Of a stretch of 64,000 nt of DNA, positions 51,101 through 64,000 are shown piece after piece. Made by a program: the position numbers and the translations under genes. Every line of letters starts with the position of its first letter. Within the stretch, counting starts at the first letter, position 1. The DNA is from Fimbriosthenelais zetlandica. Lineage: Eukaryota. The stretch is taken from the NCBI GenBank assembly GCA_977030845.1, contig OZ365114.1, positions 25,792,001-25,856,000 on the forward strand, read 5' to 3'. The notes under the pieces are model-generated. The model was given only the letters and a program-made list of their open reading frames with translations, had not been told where the DNA came from and did no database searches.

Positions 51101-54100
51101 GATCCCACACCAGAAGGATGGCACACAAGACAATGAGCAGGTCAATACGGGTAATATTTTAGTAGTAAGCTCATAAATAAACGCTTCACTCAGAATTCAC
51201 TCAGGGGTCGATGCAGGTAGAAAGCAAAAGCGAGGAGGGAAAAGTCACGAATACTGCGAGGAAACAGGCTGTAGGTCAACACGATCAGGATGTGGTTCAT
51301 GTCACAAACCCAAATCAAGCTCAGATTAAATTTTAAAACTCCAATCAAATGATCAAGGGGTTTACTGACAAGGGAAAATTCATTTATAATTCATTGGATT
51401 CTTTGAAGCTTTTTTTGTTATTTTAGATGAGAAAGTGTCAAATCAAGGTGCGCTTTCCAAGTATATTAATTTTTTGAGAAAAATGGATACAAACATTTCT
51501 CAATTTTTGACCGCCTAATATTTAGTGTAACACCACTCTTGGCCTGATTAGTAGAGGCATGTATATGTACAATTGTTTTTAGATTCAATGCCAATCGATA
51601 TTGACATTGATTAGAAATATTGATCGTGGTATAAAAACTGGACAGCTGTTGTGCCTGGCTGGCGAAATATAACCCAGCGTGGGAAGGTTTTTTATGCTCG
51701 ATGGAAGATTAATGAACCCAGTCCATTTAACACCTCGCCCACACAAAGCCTGTCAGTCGCTCCCGTTTATTTAACATCAATAAATTCACTTTAATTATTA
51801 CGGTATAAGCTTTCATCAACATTTTGACTTTATCCCAGAAATCATTACTTCAAGGAACGTAGAAACTGTTCAACAACAGAAAATGTCATGAACCAGAGAC
51901 CAGTCGTTAATATTATAACCGCCCTATTCCATTACATGAGTGTATGTAACTGTAATGTAGATGACTAAAATGATTTATAATAACGAGAAACAAGAAATAG
52001 AAACTTATGGCCTTCTGTTCATAACAGATATATATTCTTCCACAAGAGGTCCAAGCAGCAAGTGGGCCACCACGCCCCAACCTCACCATACATGTATATG
52101 ACTATTAAGAACAACAGATCCCTTTTTGTTCTGCCTCCATGTTTTTGCTTAGTGCTAACAATACCCTCCAACATTCAGAACTCTTCTCATATTCTCTGTC
52201 ATGGCATACCCAACAAGTTACTACTTGTATGTAGTATAGTTGGGAAAATTATAAAAGGACAACACAATCGAAGTTTAACAAATAAAAAAACTTTCATTAT
52301 GGCAGTCAAAAAGAACATGGTACTGTTACCCGAGGCAGGTATGGTGTGCTTTCCAATTGTGTTTGTCTATAGGAACCATTGTAATGTATCTGACTGACAG
52401 TGACTGTAGACAAGCATGTTCATAATGGTAGGGACAGAGAACAGGTGGACGCTTGACAAGAACATGATCTTCCACCCCAGGCAAGACTGCAGGGGCTTAA
52501 ACCTTCACCTGGTAGGCACATCAACCTGCCAACATGCATGGCTATATTAACCTTCAATGTTCAATCTGCCAATCATGTGTATCATAGCCAAACATGAAGC
52601 AAGACTTCCTTTTCCCTAGAAGACAGTTTTATGCATGTTTGATAACGTGTTGAACATTTTTTATCGCTTTTTAAGTGGGGAAGGTTCCGCTATTCCAAGC
52701 AATATCACCTCGTTATTGAATAGAAAGGCTGGTGTAAAGGGAAGGGTGTAACTGTGAAAGGTCATAAATGTACGGTACATTACCAACCTAACGGTAATGC
52801 GACTTGGCGAACAGCAATCATTTGCATATTAATGTATTACATGGTATTGATAATTATTAATGTTACAGCTGTAAATTGTTATCAAAGGGTCATTATTTAG
52901 ATGCATGACAATACTATTCAAACTGACATGACATGTTAACACACTCATATTGTCTCTACCAGCATGTGCTTTATCTGGCAGAGATAGAGGAATATAACCA
53001 CCATGAACACAAGGTATTCTTTCCAACATTGACAATTACAGGCCAATATATAGAGAGCAATATGAAATGAGATCTGTGTCGATCTATATCCACAAAAAAT
53101 GAATTGAATACCATAAAAGGAAGAAAAAGCTCTGAAAAAACCTCTTCAATATCAATTCCTGAATCCACATTCCTCTGGTGAGACAGTGTCCTAAATGAAT
53201 GCCCTGGTGCTAGAAACATTCCCCGACCCAGTGTTGGCTAAATCCCCACCCTAGACCTGGTAATCAATGTAATGAAGGTAGCTGGAGGCCTTACTGGGTA
53301 TAGAGAGGTCTGATAGCCAGGACTAGTGGACTCTAACACTGCTAGATGATCCCATCATGAAGCCAGCAGGATGTCTTATTGTAGATAGCATGTAGCTCAT
53401 CATAAATACTGCATGCGCTCAATCCGCGCATTTATCATACTCTAATTTCTTTTAGCTTCAGATCCAGGAAGGAATGTAGAATTCAGATACATCTGCCACC
53501 AAGTGCACTCTATCTTAGATGTAACATGATATAATTACCCAAAAAGCTATAATATATAACGCACTTCATTCTATCTTATATGTACTATGTGTACCATAGT
53601 ACATATTGATCACAAAAGGCTATTTTAAGTTCCTTTGCCTAAGAATGAAAGACCAAGCCGGAACTAAGCGGGTTGGTTCTTTGATTCTATATTGTCTCAG
53701 ATGATGGCCATGAGGATTACATAACATGTGAGAGAATTCATAAAGCCTTAAATAATGACACACGGTAATGAGCCATTAAAGGTATGGTATATGATCTTAA
53801 TGAACTAAGAACTTATTACTACAAACTAGCTTAAGCGGCATCCTGTTAAATAAATACTTATCCAATGAGTACTTAATTAAGTGAAATTATAACCAAGTCT
53901 TACCTATGCAGTAGAGAACACATGGTGGTTCTCTTTTGGTCGGGCATTGCATAGTTTCTAACACTATACTGATGAAGGTGTATTTTCACGCGGGCCGTCA
54001 ACTTGCTGGGATCCTTCCTCATAGACTACTGATGCTGGTACTCTGAAACATAATCATACAGAGTTACTCCCGAGTCACTCGACTGGCAAAAATACTCACT

Positions 54101-56387
54101 AGTATATATCTAGACCAATCAGAATTTTTCTTGGCTCAAAACCTTCCTGGTTCTGTCTCCTAAATAAGCCCAAGTACACATATCCAAGGACAAGTAGGAA
54201 TATAGTGTCTGGCCCACAAGTGCCAATCCACCTACCCTTATTACTTTTCTACCGATTGTTCCATTTTATGAATTTCAATTAAACATACTGAAAGAGCTGT
54301 GGTAGGAGAATGAAGTGTTAACCACCTCGAGGATTGCCACTGATATGAATATGATGTGGGATTCTAGGTGGGGATGGACTGGGATGTACCTACCCTCCTC
54401 CTGGGAATATTAAGTATATGACTATTGATCGCTTAAGGTCACGAGGCCCCTCCAGAATTATCCTGATGAAAATTCCCCCAATAAAAGCACCCAGTTCTAT
54501 ACACGTATAAAAGCACCCAGTCCTGTACATATATAATAAACCAGCTCATACAGAATCTCTAGCGGAATTTCCTCCTATTGTGGTATGATTATGTCACCTC
54601 CATGTCTACAGAATGGGGCTAGAAATCATGGTCAGTCATTTATATTTTCAAACTGATCCAAACCAATCTTCAAAGCCAATTCCTGACAATGAGTGAATGA
54701 CATCATGTGGGTTGGGTGGAAGGTCAGAAATAGGAGGAAAGAGAGGCACAAAACATACCTATAAACTAATAAAGACTGTACAGTTTACAGAATTTATCAC
54801 GCCGCGGGGAATATCATCAATAGGGCATAAAACTGGGAGCTTAATTAACCACGAACCACAGACCAAAACCATTAGGAGGCTCGGGTCGTGACAGCTCAGT
54901 CAGACATCGTGATTCACCCGGTCTACCTGCCATGCTTCCATGACTGGGGTTAAATGGTAGTCATCATGATCATGATACTAATCGGTTTTACATAGCAAAA
55001 TGGTCTCAACAATAGAAAAATTCACAAGTAAGAAAACAGAAATGAAGCTTTGAAAATAAATAACTTGAAATAACCTGTCATGTGATAGTAACATCTTTGT
55101 GCTAAAACAAAGTAAACTCGCTGCAAATGAAATCAGTACCGTATTTATAAACATGACATGATGGGGATCCTGTTTTAGCATGGGTTTCCCATGGGTTGTA
55201 TATTATCTGAGTTATAACATCTATATAATGAGTTATAAAATCTATATGACTATAACAAAATGTTTATGACAGGTCTTTAACTAGAATGGGGGGAAATACC
55301 GGTAGGATCTAATGCTAAAGGTATGCAGGAGATCTTATCTGATCATGAAATTTAATAAGAGTCTAGTTACAAAGGTACTTGTATCATAGAGTGTAACTGA
55401 TATGAAATCTACACACCTGAATTAATCTTATCAGACATGATCTCTTTTTTATGATGCGGGTCAATGAATCAGCTAATATTTCAATAGGGCATGGAGTTAA
55501 TGTCATAACGAGGAATAAGCTGTATTAGCCTATAAAGGTGTGGGGGTGGGTATCCGGGTCGGCTATGTGTGTGCTTAACGATAGGAACTAGTGACCCTAG
55601 AGGGACACCTGTGTGGAAATGTCACTCGTTCTTATGAAATGAGTCATCCCCACTTCCCCCACAATCTGATGTTATGGTCAGGTAGATACCAGGATCATTT
55701 AATACAAAACTATGGCAAATGAATAGAAGCTCATCATCCTAAGTGACGAGCAAACATATGGCATACATTCTTTACCTAGTTTAATTAATTAATCCTACAT
55801 TCTTTTAGTGGGAAATGTGGAGTAGGACCTACATTTATAAAATGAACCAATGACAACATTTTAATGGGTATAAAACTAAGAAGTTCTAAAATTAAGTTCT
55901 ACAAAGGTTACCTGATATGACACACATATATTAATAATACATCTTCTCCTTGGTATAATATTGAGTCACCTAAGTCTCCATTAAATATAGTACCTATCAC
56001 TCCTCTGCCTCCTCCAGCTCAGCCTTTGTTTATCTCCTGTCTCCCCTCTCAGCCTCAGGGTTCTTGCCTCGAGGTTGACCCTGCCTAAAACTTTGAGGCT
56101 TTTGATTTATTACATTTCCAGCCTCAACTAAACTTTAAAGACGGATCCTCAAGACAGCAAACTTTAAAATATACAGTCAGAAATAGTTAATACCTTGAAC
56201 ATAGAAGATCAAAATATCAAATACACATGACATTCCCTCTCCAGGCAGCTGTTTTGACTTGCCCAGCCTCATCACTGCATTCAGCTCTCCCTCACTGCCC
56301 TCAGCATCACACCTGGCCAAAACAAAGAAAGTCCCCGCCACTTGACTTTAGTTTACGTCTGTGTACAGTAGAATTATGGATTCTTAC

Positions 56388-58043
56388 CTCATTGAAGGCT
56401 AAATCCAGACACTATCCTCACGTTTTAGACTATTGTTGTAAATCCTTTCATCGAAATAACGAAGAGAAATGTTTTTCACTAACCCCATCATCGGTGCGCA
56501 TACGGAGATCTGGAGGTTTGCTTCAACCGGAAGTGTGACTATTTTCTGCGGAACTGTGACCATATGCTAAATAAATTCAAAACGTTTATCAAATAATCTC
56601 TGATGATAAGTGGCACCATTTATAAACTTTGAATTAAGTTGGACATGATTGGGTAGTTTAATATGGCAGAAAACGTTGTTTGAAGACAGAAAACGGCAAC
56701 GTAGCTAAACCCCCAATTATCGCCCAGGTAAACAATGATCTTAGTTCTCACTTACCTCACCACGTGGCAGTATTGTACGGTCAGACGCCCTCGGATGGAT
56801 GGGACTTATCATTATAAATCTTATCATTGTAAAATATCTATAGGCCTACTTAGTCCTAGGGTTTAGTGAGGATTAGGTTAGGGTGATGTAACCTTACTAA
56901 AATTGGCCTAGTTTAAAATTTACCCATGATCACCATTCATTCATTCATTCTCAATAAATCCCCTAGCCCTCCGTCATATACTGCAAAAATGGGAACTAAA
57001 GAATGGGCGATAATAGTAGGCTAGTCAGTTCGTGCCTGACTCTGCATAGACAAAATATTCGCCTCGGGTCCCATCAAAGATTCCCATCCCCAGTGGGGCT
57101 AGACTCTGCACAACATGGGTTGGCCTCTATTTGGTGCTGCCACCTTGTGCGTCGCGAGTGAACTGAGCTCCGCCGCGCCTTTACTTCACCGGAAAATCCC
57201 CAGGTGGCAGCCCTGTTTCTAGTCGCCACCCTCAGCTGAGTGCCCATAAGCCGGTTTAATGAGGGAGTCGCTAGGAATTTTCAGACGGCGTTTGTAGATG
57301 TAGGAAAGCACCTAAATCAGCCAAAATTGAAATCAGTCGGTAAATTTACATGGAGAATTTATTACGTCGAAAAGAACAGAGCTACGCTGCATGTAAACAG
57401 AGAGACTACTTCTATGATGTAAACATGTAAACAGGAGCCAGTTTTGTGGTGGGCGATAATAGAGGATTTGGCCGGTGGGTCGGAACATAGTTGACCGTCC
57501 AGTGGCGCCCTCGCCACTTATACGGCAAACGAAAGAACGACACTAATGATACAACAGCGCCACAAAAGACTGCGGCAAATCTGGCAACCAGACCAAGATG
57601 GCGGCCCCCACGCCCAGACCTGTCCTCAAGAGATTGTATACTCAATGGGCTTTAAAAGCCGCGGTAAACATGTTTATGTGACCAATCTTTTCAGAGCTAC
57701 CAGATTTAGTACATAATATACCATTTTTAGACTATTAGTATGGCCACAGATGCTTTATATTTAGCTTTCCATGAGCTCATGAACGGATTCATATGAGCGA
57801 TGCAGCCAACCAGTGGGTGGCACTTGAATGAGACTCGACAGGAAAGATTAGAAACCAAGGGATACAGTTGGAATTACCAAGAAGTAGTGTTTTGACGCTT
57901 TTATTTGCAGCCACATATATTAAGAAATTGAAGAAACATTTTAAACGAGGATCTGTTGGTTTATTCATCCGTAGATTTCGAAATAGAAGTGACCACTTCC
58001 TAATATATCCAGTCTCCAGCTTCGGTTCTCACTCTTCTCCAAG
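56388..58043. promoter_or_regulatory. Putative bidirectional promoter region (mucin-like gene / PTDSS1)
   Basis: CpG-richer; ETS CCGGAAGTG 56527-56535; YY1-type AAGATGGCGGC 57595-57605; minus-strand donors GAG|gtaaga (56388) and GAG|gtaagt (56756) mark candidate first exons. Confidence 0.55.
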
Positions 58044-58222
58044 ATGGCGACCAATAGACAGCGCACGGCGAGTACGGGCAGCGTAGGATCACAAGCCGAC
58101 CATTTCTACGCTATCAATGAACATCCAGTAGATGATATATGTTTGGACTTCTTCTATAAACCACATACTATTACATTATTGACGGTATCTGTGCTTGGAC
58201 TGGTATATTTGGCGTTTACACG
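58044..58222 (+). CDS. PTDSS1: Phosphatidylserine synthase 1, exon 1
   Basis: MATNR...[41 protein letters not shown] resembles PSS1 [33 protein letters not shown]; donor CG|gtaagc; 179 nt. Confidence 0.95.
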
Positions 58223-59353
58223 GTAAGCAACTGTCACTTGTTATGATTTGATCATGTCCACTGTCTCCCTCAGACTCAGCAGCCCTGCATCACCCCCGCC
58301 CTCCCTCCCCCGTCTTTACCCCATCTCAAAATAATTCTCAGGTTATAATCAGACAGATTGTAGGCCCCTTCTGAACTGGTGGGTAGTATTTGTCATCTTT
58401 TCTTGCTGCTACTTTCTGTGGAGGCCTTCTCGAGCAGTGGACTAGTGAGTAGTCAGTAGATGCAGTAAGTAGAACTTTGGGAGTGATGGACATCTTTGCT
58501 TTCTTCGCCTTCGGGAAGGTCAGGTTCATGTAAGCAAGGATAATTTGGTTAGATTGAACTGAATCTGATATTTCTGATGAAGGTAAAACTGTTATTTTCT
58601 AACACCAAATGTAAAGGTGGATCGCATGTAAAGATCCATTGCTTGGCATGCTCCTATGTGTATTCTCAGATGCTCGCATATATCAGGGAATTTTGTAATT
58701 TATCCCCGCCCATTTGATCTATCTTTTACCGGTACCGGTGCCGTATTAATATTTTTTTTATGACTATCTATATTTGCTCACATATTTTTTTAATCCACAA
58801 TTCTGTTGTTTCATTTTGGTTCTCTAGACGAGAGATAATTTAAATATACATGTAGGTACCGGTATGAAATTAGTTATTTCTCGTTTATTTAATAACCCGA
58901 CTTGGCACTATATTTGAGCAGAATTCGATTGTATCAATGCCACCATTACAACGATACTTTTGCCACCATTACAACGATACCAAAAGTTACTAAGGTAGAC
59001 ATGTGCAGGCATAACCTTGACAAACTGGTACAAGTTTGAACACCTCCATGCTTTTTCCATGTGCTTGACACTTTTCATACAATGGCCTTGAATGGGGGTT
59101 CAGCTTCAATGATTATACAGGCCACTAACTTGTGACACCCGTCATAGGGGCTCCACAGTTAGCATTTAAAAAGCCAGACAAGTTTCATACTGACTGAACA
59201 ATGTCTAGTTTGTATAAATATGGGAGGTTTTTAATTTAATTGATGTTCACTGTTGACTCAGCATACACTCTCTATTTGCATTGCATGATCTATGTCATGG
59301 CCGGTCCTCACCCCATACATAGGTAAAGCTTGAAGGTGTGCCTCTGAGTCAAA

Positions 59354-59504
59354 GGGGTCATTCATAAAGGGCGTCACACCTAGATGGGGGTGCGGGTCCT
59401 GTTTTTTGTGACACAATGTTAAAGAATAGGAAGAAACCTAGGACAAGAATTGGGGGATGTTTAAAGTGGCCACCAAAAGTGTGACATCCTTTACCGATGG
59501 TCCC
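59354..59504. mobile_element. MITE with about 26-bp imperfect terminal inverted repeats
   Basis: Left ggggtcattcataaagggcgtcacac; right end reverse-complemented gggaccatcggtaaaggatgtcacac. GGG termini are PIF/Harbinger-like; no clean target-site duplication. Confidence 0.55.
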
Positions 59505-60618
59505 AAATCTGTCCCTGAGTAACAATAAACAATAGATCCACGTGTAGGCTAGTTGTGTATTGAGACATCGGAAGGGCGGATCTCTGGATAACTTTCAGTG
59601 TTTCTAATCTCTATCAAATCTTGATTAACAAATAAGAGCCGATTACATTTACTATGATTTGACTCGTGAAATGTAAATCTATCACATTTCGACGCCCAGA
59701 TTTCTGAATAAGAGTCAAGAGTGTAAATTAAAGATAAGAAACAGATAAAAGTTCTTCCGCAGTTTTCATGAGTCAAGACTTGTGAGTACATTGTACTAAT
59801 TTGGATCTCTGCCAGGGGCTTATCTGAGTCACAGTGTAAAGTTGACTACGCTGTAATCCTGTCACTGCAAGTTCTAAGCCCAAAATCTGGCTTAAATTGA
59901 GATCAGCCAAAGCAAGTCTTTTACAGGAGTAAGCCATACAATTACCGTAAATCAGGTAAATGTCTTTATTTATGATATAAATTAGCATATGATTTTGAAA
60001 TCCAATGTAAGTATGCATGCATAGGAACCATACCATTATAAGTGTTTGCATGTAGGGTACTGTTTTGGGCGGTACGGTATGGAATTTTTTATGCGTCGTT
60101 GGCAATCATTAGGTGATATACGATATGACGTTAGGGGATATACGGTATGGCGTGTTTGGGTGGCGTGATATAGGGCCAGCAAATGGGGACGTGTTATATA
60201 CAAACTCTTACATATATGCATCATGTAACTAGTCGTAATGGCTCGCAAATTGGATCCCATCCAGCTCCTTCACATCCTCCCCCCCCCCCCCCCCATCCCC
60301 TACCTCATCCCCTCATCAATTTCACCTATTAAGTGTATCCGAGTCAGACCTAAATCCAACCACACATGGCTGCTCATAGCTTACATTACTTAATTGAATG
60401 AAATTAACTCATTATTAAACGGTCAATCATAGTATCATCTCTTACCACTAATCCCACAACTTAATTACAATTTCCTCGTATTACCTTCATAATATTGTTC
60501 ATGAACGTCAACATAACATATGTGAGAAAAAATATATCTATGTATAGACCTGTAATAATATATTTTTGATAAGCGGTGCCATACAACCATAAATATCTTC
60601 TTTTTATTATGATTGTAG

Positions 60619-60710
60619 GCAAGGACAGAGTTCGGAGTCGAACATATGGACGGGTCTCCTGCACGTTGTCTTCTTCTTTCTCGTCATCAGCATTTTAGCC
60701 TTCCCCAACG
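60619..60710 (+). CDS. PTDSS1: Phosphatidylserine synthase 1, exon 2
   Basis: attgtag|G...AAC G|gtgtgt; QGQSSESNIWTGLLHVVFFFLVISILAFPN resembles PSS1 [23 protein letters not shown]; 92 nt; absent from the ORF track. Confidence 0.95.
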
Positions 60711-62612
60711 GTGTGTTAAACTTTGATATATTTCTATAATTCATTTTCTCCTGTAGCCCATGTCACTTCTTTCTTTACTTTCTTCAGCCCCAACACATCC
60801 TTCCTCCTTCCATCTATGCTCTCCTCTGTCCTTCCCAACTTCCATTTACCAATTTTATAGCATATTTATCCTACCATTACTAGCGCTGCTATAGTCATCT
60901 GACTCCCATCATATACCATGTGTGAAAACTCTGTCACCACTACTTACATTCAGTACTGAGATAAGGTGATAACCATCCATTGATTACTTTAATACGTTCA
61001 CTCTTCTATCTGCTCGTGATCCTATCGACATTCGATATAGTAATAAATTTACCCTGACGTGAACTCTGATATATAAATCCAGGGAAAGTTTCTATCAGTT
61101 CTAGCTTATTAAAAACAGTGGAGTATAGAAAAGTACATGGATAATCACTGAATGAATGATGGGCTTATATATCAATGACATGTACAGAGTGATGAATAAA
61201 CCACCCATTGAAGGTGCATTGCTCTTCAGCCTGGTTCAAGAGGGTGATAATTTAATGATTTAATCCTTCATTGAATATTTAATAAGTCACTTTCTCAATT
61301 AGACCTGGTTAAAAATAGCTCGGTGCTTTAATCTAAAGTTCTGGTGGGCCCGGGCTCGGTGCCTGGATGCCTGATTAGAAGCTCACAAAGGAGCAGCTCG
61401 CCTCACAGGAACATCTAGACCTGCTCACTAAATGTATCAATCCTCTGCCTATTGTCAAATCCTTTGTTCTCCTCCTGGCCCTTCAGTACATCCTGAACTG
61501 GGAAAATACTCATTTACTTTGATACAATTGATTGTCAATACAATTTATTCGTTATCTAAATTGGCCAGGTATTTCTTTTCTGGATTTTTTTTTCTATTTT
61601 GGGTGAAACAAATTGACTGGGATAAATTTTCCTAAGGGTTAGCCCTGACTTCGCCCTGAGATGTCTGGTCTGTCTAGACTGGGTAATGAAAATATCTAAC
61701 GCCTCAATATAATATACAGTCAGCAGGTTTCGGTATCGTATCGCAATTTGCGATGTTAAACTACCACTTGTGCGATGTATTCCTACCTTTTTTCGCCACC
61801 ATCTGGGACCATGCTCAGTAGTAGATAATCATGTAGGCTGATATGGTTGAAGTTGTTGAGTGTCAGCACATAATGTGTCATGTCATATAACGAGCTTCAA
61901 CTTCCCAGCCATGAGTCTGGTTTCATATCACTGTAGCTCAGAGGTAGTCCTCACTGAATATAGGCCTACATGCACATAATTGTGCTTTTTATGCAGCACC
62001 ATTAAAAATCTGAATGATTTCCCATTTATTTGCCCCAAAAAATATTGAATTGTCCTGAGGAAAAAGAGGTAAAAAAACGGCAGTCATGAAATGTTGAAAG
62101 CAGAGGGGTATAGGAGATAGCAGTGGCAATGGGAGAAGTGTGGTGAGAGGAAGAGGGAAGAGAAAGAGTGTATGAGCATAGAAAGCAACTAATCCTAGTT
62201 GAGTCACATATATCAGTACGGGTGAAAGGCTTTAGGATGGCTTGGAATTCACCGCGGGGCACCCCTACACACCTATCTCTGATATTCAGGTGTGAAAACA
62301 ATGACACATTTGCATGTTAAGATCTACTTAGGCAATTTTCTCCACCGATTGGATCATGGTAATGCATAGTCTAACATGTGTCATAGGGTTAGAGCCTGGG
62401 GCGAGGTTAATTACACTGATCTTAAACAATATATCACTTATACTCAAGTTCAAGTATCAGTAAATACTCGAGATCGTATCATAATCATGACCCCTGCCAT
62501 GTCTGAGACTTGACTAATGCATATTTATGTACTAACCATGTACTTCCTCAGATTTCATGATCAATGCGTTTTCCTCTTGTAATAAATATTCAAATTTCTT
62601 TTTCTTTTTCAG

Positions 62613-62657
62613 GACCCTTTACTCGACCTCATCCAGCAATATGGCGTATGGTGTTTG
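62613..62657 (+). CDS. PTDSS1: Phosphatidylserine synthase 1, exon 3 (gene continues off the window)
   Basis: tttttcag|GA CCC...TTT G|gtaagt; GPFTRPHPAIWRMVFG, the PSS family signature; 45 nt. Confidence 0.97.
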
Positions 62658-63924
62658 GTAAGTTTGTCAGTCTTACTATTTTACGATATGAATTAGATCA
62701 GAAAATATTGGGGTTAGTGTCCCAGACCATCCCAGACTTATTAAACAATTGATGGAAGTGTGAAGAGCAACTCATCAGAGAGCTGGAGCGGTACTTTGAA
62801 TGAGGGAGTGAGCAGGTGCTCGCTGTCGACCTAGTTGGTCACTCATACACTCACAGTAACACTGTCTTGGAGGGTCAACAATACCAAGTCCATACAGTAT
62901 CTATTTATATAGGCATAGATCATACCTACACTTTTTCTATACATAAAACTCCCCCTTCTTCCCAACTCTCCCCGTGTCTTGTAGTACAACTAGTTTCCAG
63001 CTGAACCATTGTAACTAAGTTAAACCTTGCCAATATTTCTTTTGTAAGTTGTATTTGAAGGTAGAGGTTAGCTATGTAAAACAGTATACAGCTGGTGTGG
63101 ATAAGAAGTTCTCCTCCCATCTATTCTAGCATAATTCCTTCATGCCCAAGTTACTAATTTCAATTCATCCATTCATTCTCATCAATTTTAATGTTAAGAT
63201 AGATCTTTAAGGAAATGGATGTATTAAAATGAACGAACAAAATATCTGTTCTTCTTTTAAATTTTAATAATAATATATAGGATGATTGAGAGGAATTGAT
63301 CGGGTATATACTGTAGTAGGAAATATTCCATACTTGTCGATACAAAGTTACTTGTGTAATACACAGATTGAACCTGTCGGGAACCGCTCCATTTGTACCT
63401 CTCTCCCCTCATTGATTTATCTACTTAGTTGCTATGGCAACTGTCCACAACATAAGTCCAAACGTTATGGTTTTGATGGATGTTGCCTGGGAACTTTTTT
63501 TCTAAATTCTTCCACTCACTTTGATCAATCATCTAGGGATGATTAATGGAACTGGAATTTGATTTAATTCGAAGTTTAGAAATATGGATCCAGATTTGTA
63601 CTCCGTTTCATCCAAAGGTTTTTTTCGCAGTATTCCGAGAAATAAATAACCTGAGAATACATGACAAGGGCCAATAAATATATGATTGAGTTAGGTAGAA
63701 CGCGTGGGTGGTTTTTGAAGCCTGTTCTACATGAGAGAGTGAATGTTTAATATGTAAGAGCAGGATGCATGGAAGCTGTCAATGTACGAGAACTGTATCA
63801 AGCCACCGTCAATCAATAGGCTTTGTCAAAAGCCGGATGAAAAATAGGATGTGTTGACTAGACCCAGGTGGGTCTATCTTCATATTGACATTCATTGACA
63901 GGGTGCCAACAGACACATAGAATG

Positions 63925-64000
63925 ACCCCCATCCCCCATCCCCCATCCCCCATCCCCCACCCACCTGACCTCCATCTCGCCCCCCTCGCCCCCCCCCCCC
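63925..64000. repeat. (CCCCAT)n-like C-rich tract
   Basis: cccccatcccccatccccccatcccccatccccac followed by C runs. Confidence 0.85.

Noticed and set aside
57686-57702. TCTTTTCAGAGCTACCA, like a histone 3' stem-loop
   Set aside because: The 5' arm is broken (3-bp stem only) and no histone ORF is upstream.
63550-63605. Possible PTDSS1 exon 4 (..MDPDL..)
   Set aside because: In-frame stops, no splice sites and no LSVLY/FLLF hydrophobic segment.

Overview
AT-rich, intron-containing animal genomic DNA; an invertebrate such as an echinoderm is my guess, not shown. No prokaryotic, CRISPR or rRNA signal. Well supported: (1) a minus-strand multi-MAM-domain gene, exons 4647->213, running off the left edge; (2) a plus-strand array of five identical tRNA-Gln(CTG) genes plus one truncated copy, 19840-21407; (3) a minus-strand mucin-like single-pass membrane protein gene, coding exons 48111->46208; (4) the first three exons of phosphatidylserine synthase 1 (PTDSS1, plus strand, 58044-62657), apparently head-to-head with gene 3. 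Weaker: an unrecognised plus-strand multi-exon gene (best supported at 37485-40760, possibly starting near 22870), a small plus-strand exon chain at 17461-18789, orphan first and terminal exons, one MITE and several short repeats. Most ORFs in the supplied track are spurious. All exon models were assembled by eye from splice signals and phase, without alignment or RNA data. I found no clear evidence for a wholly new biological system; the best leads are the unnamed genes and the tRNA array.
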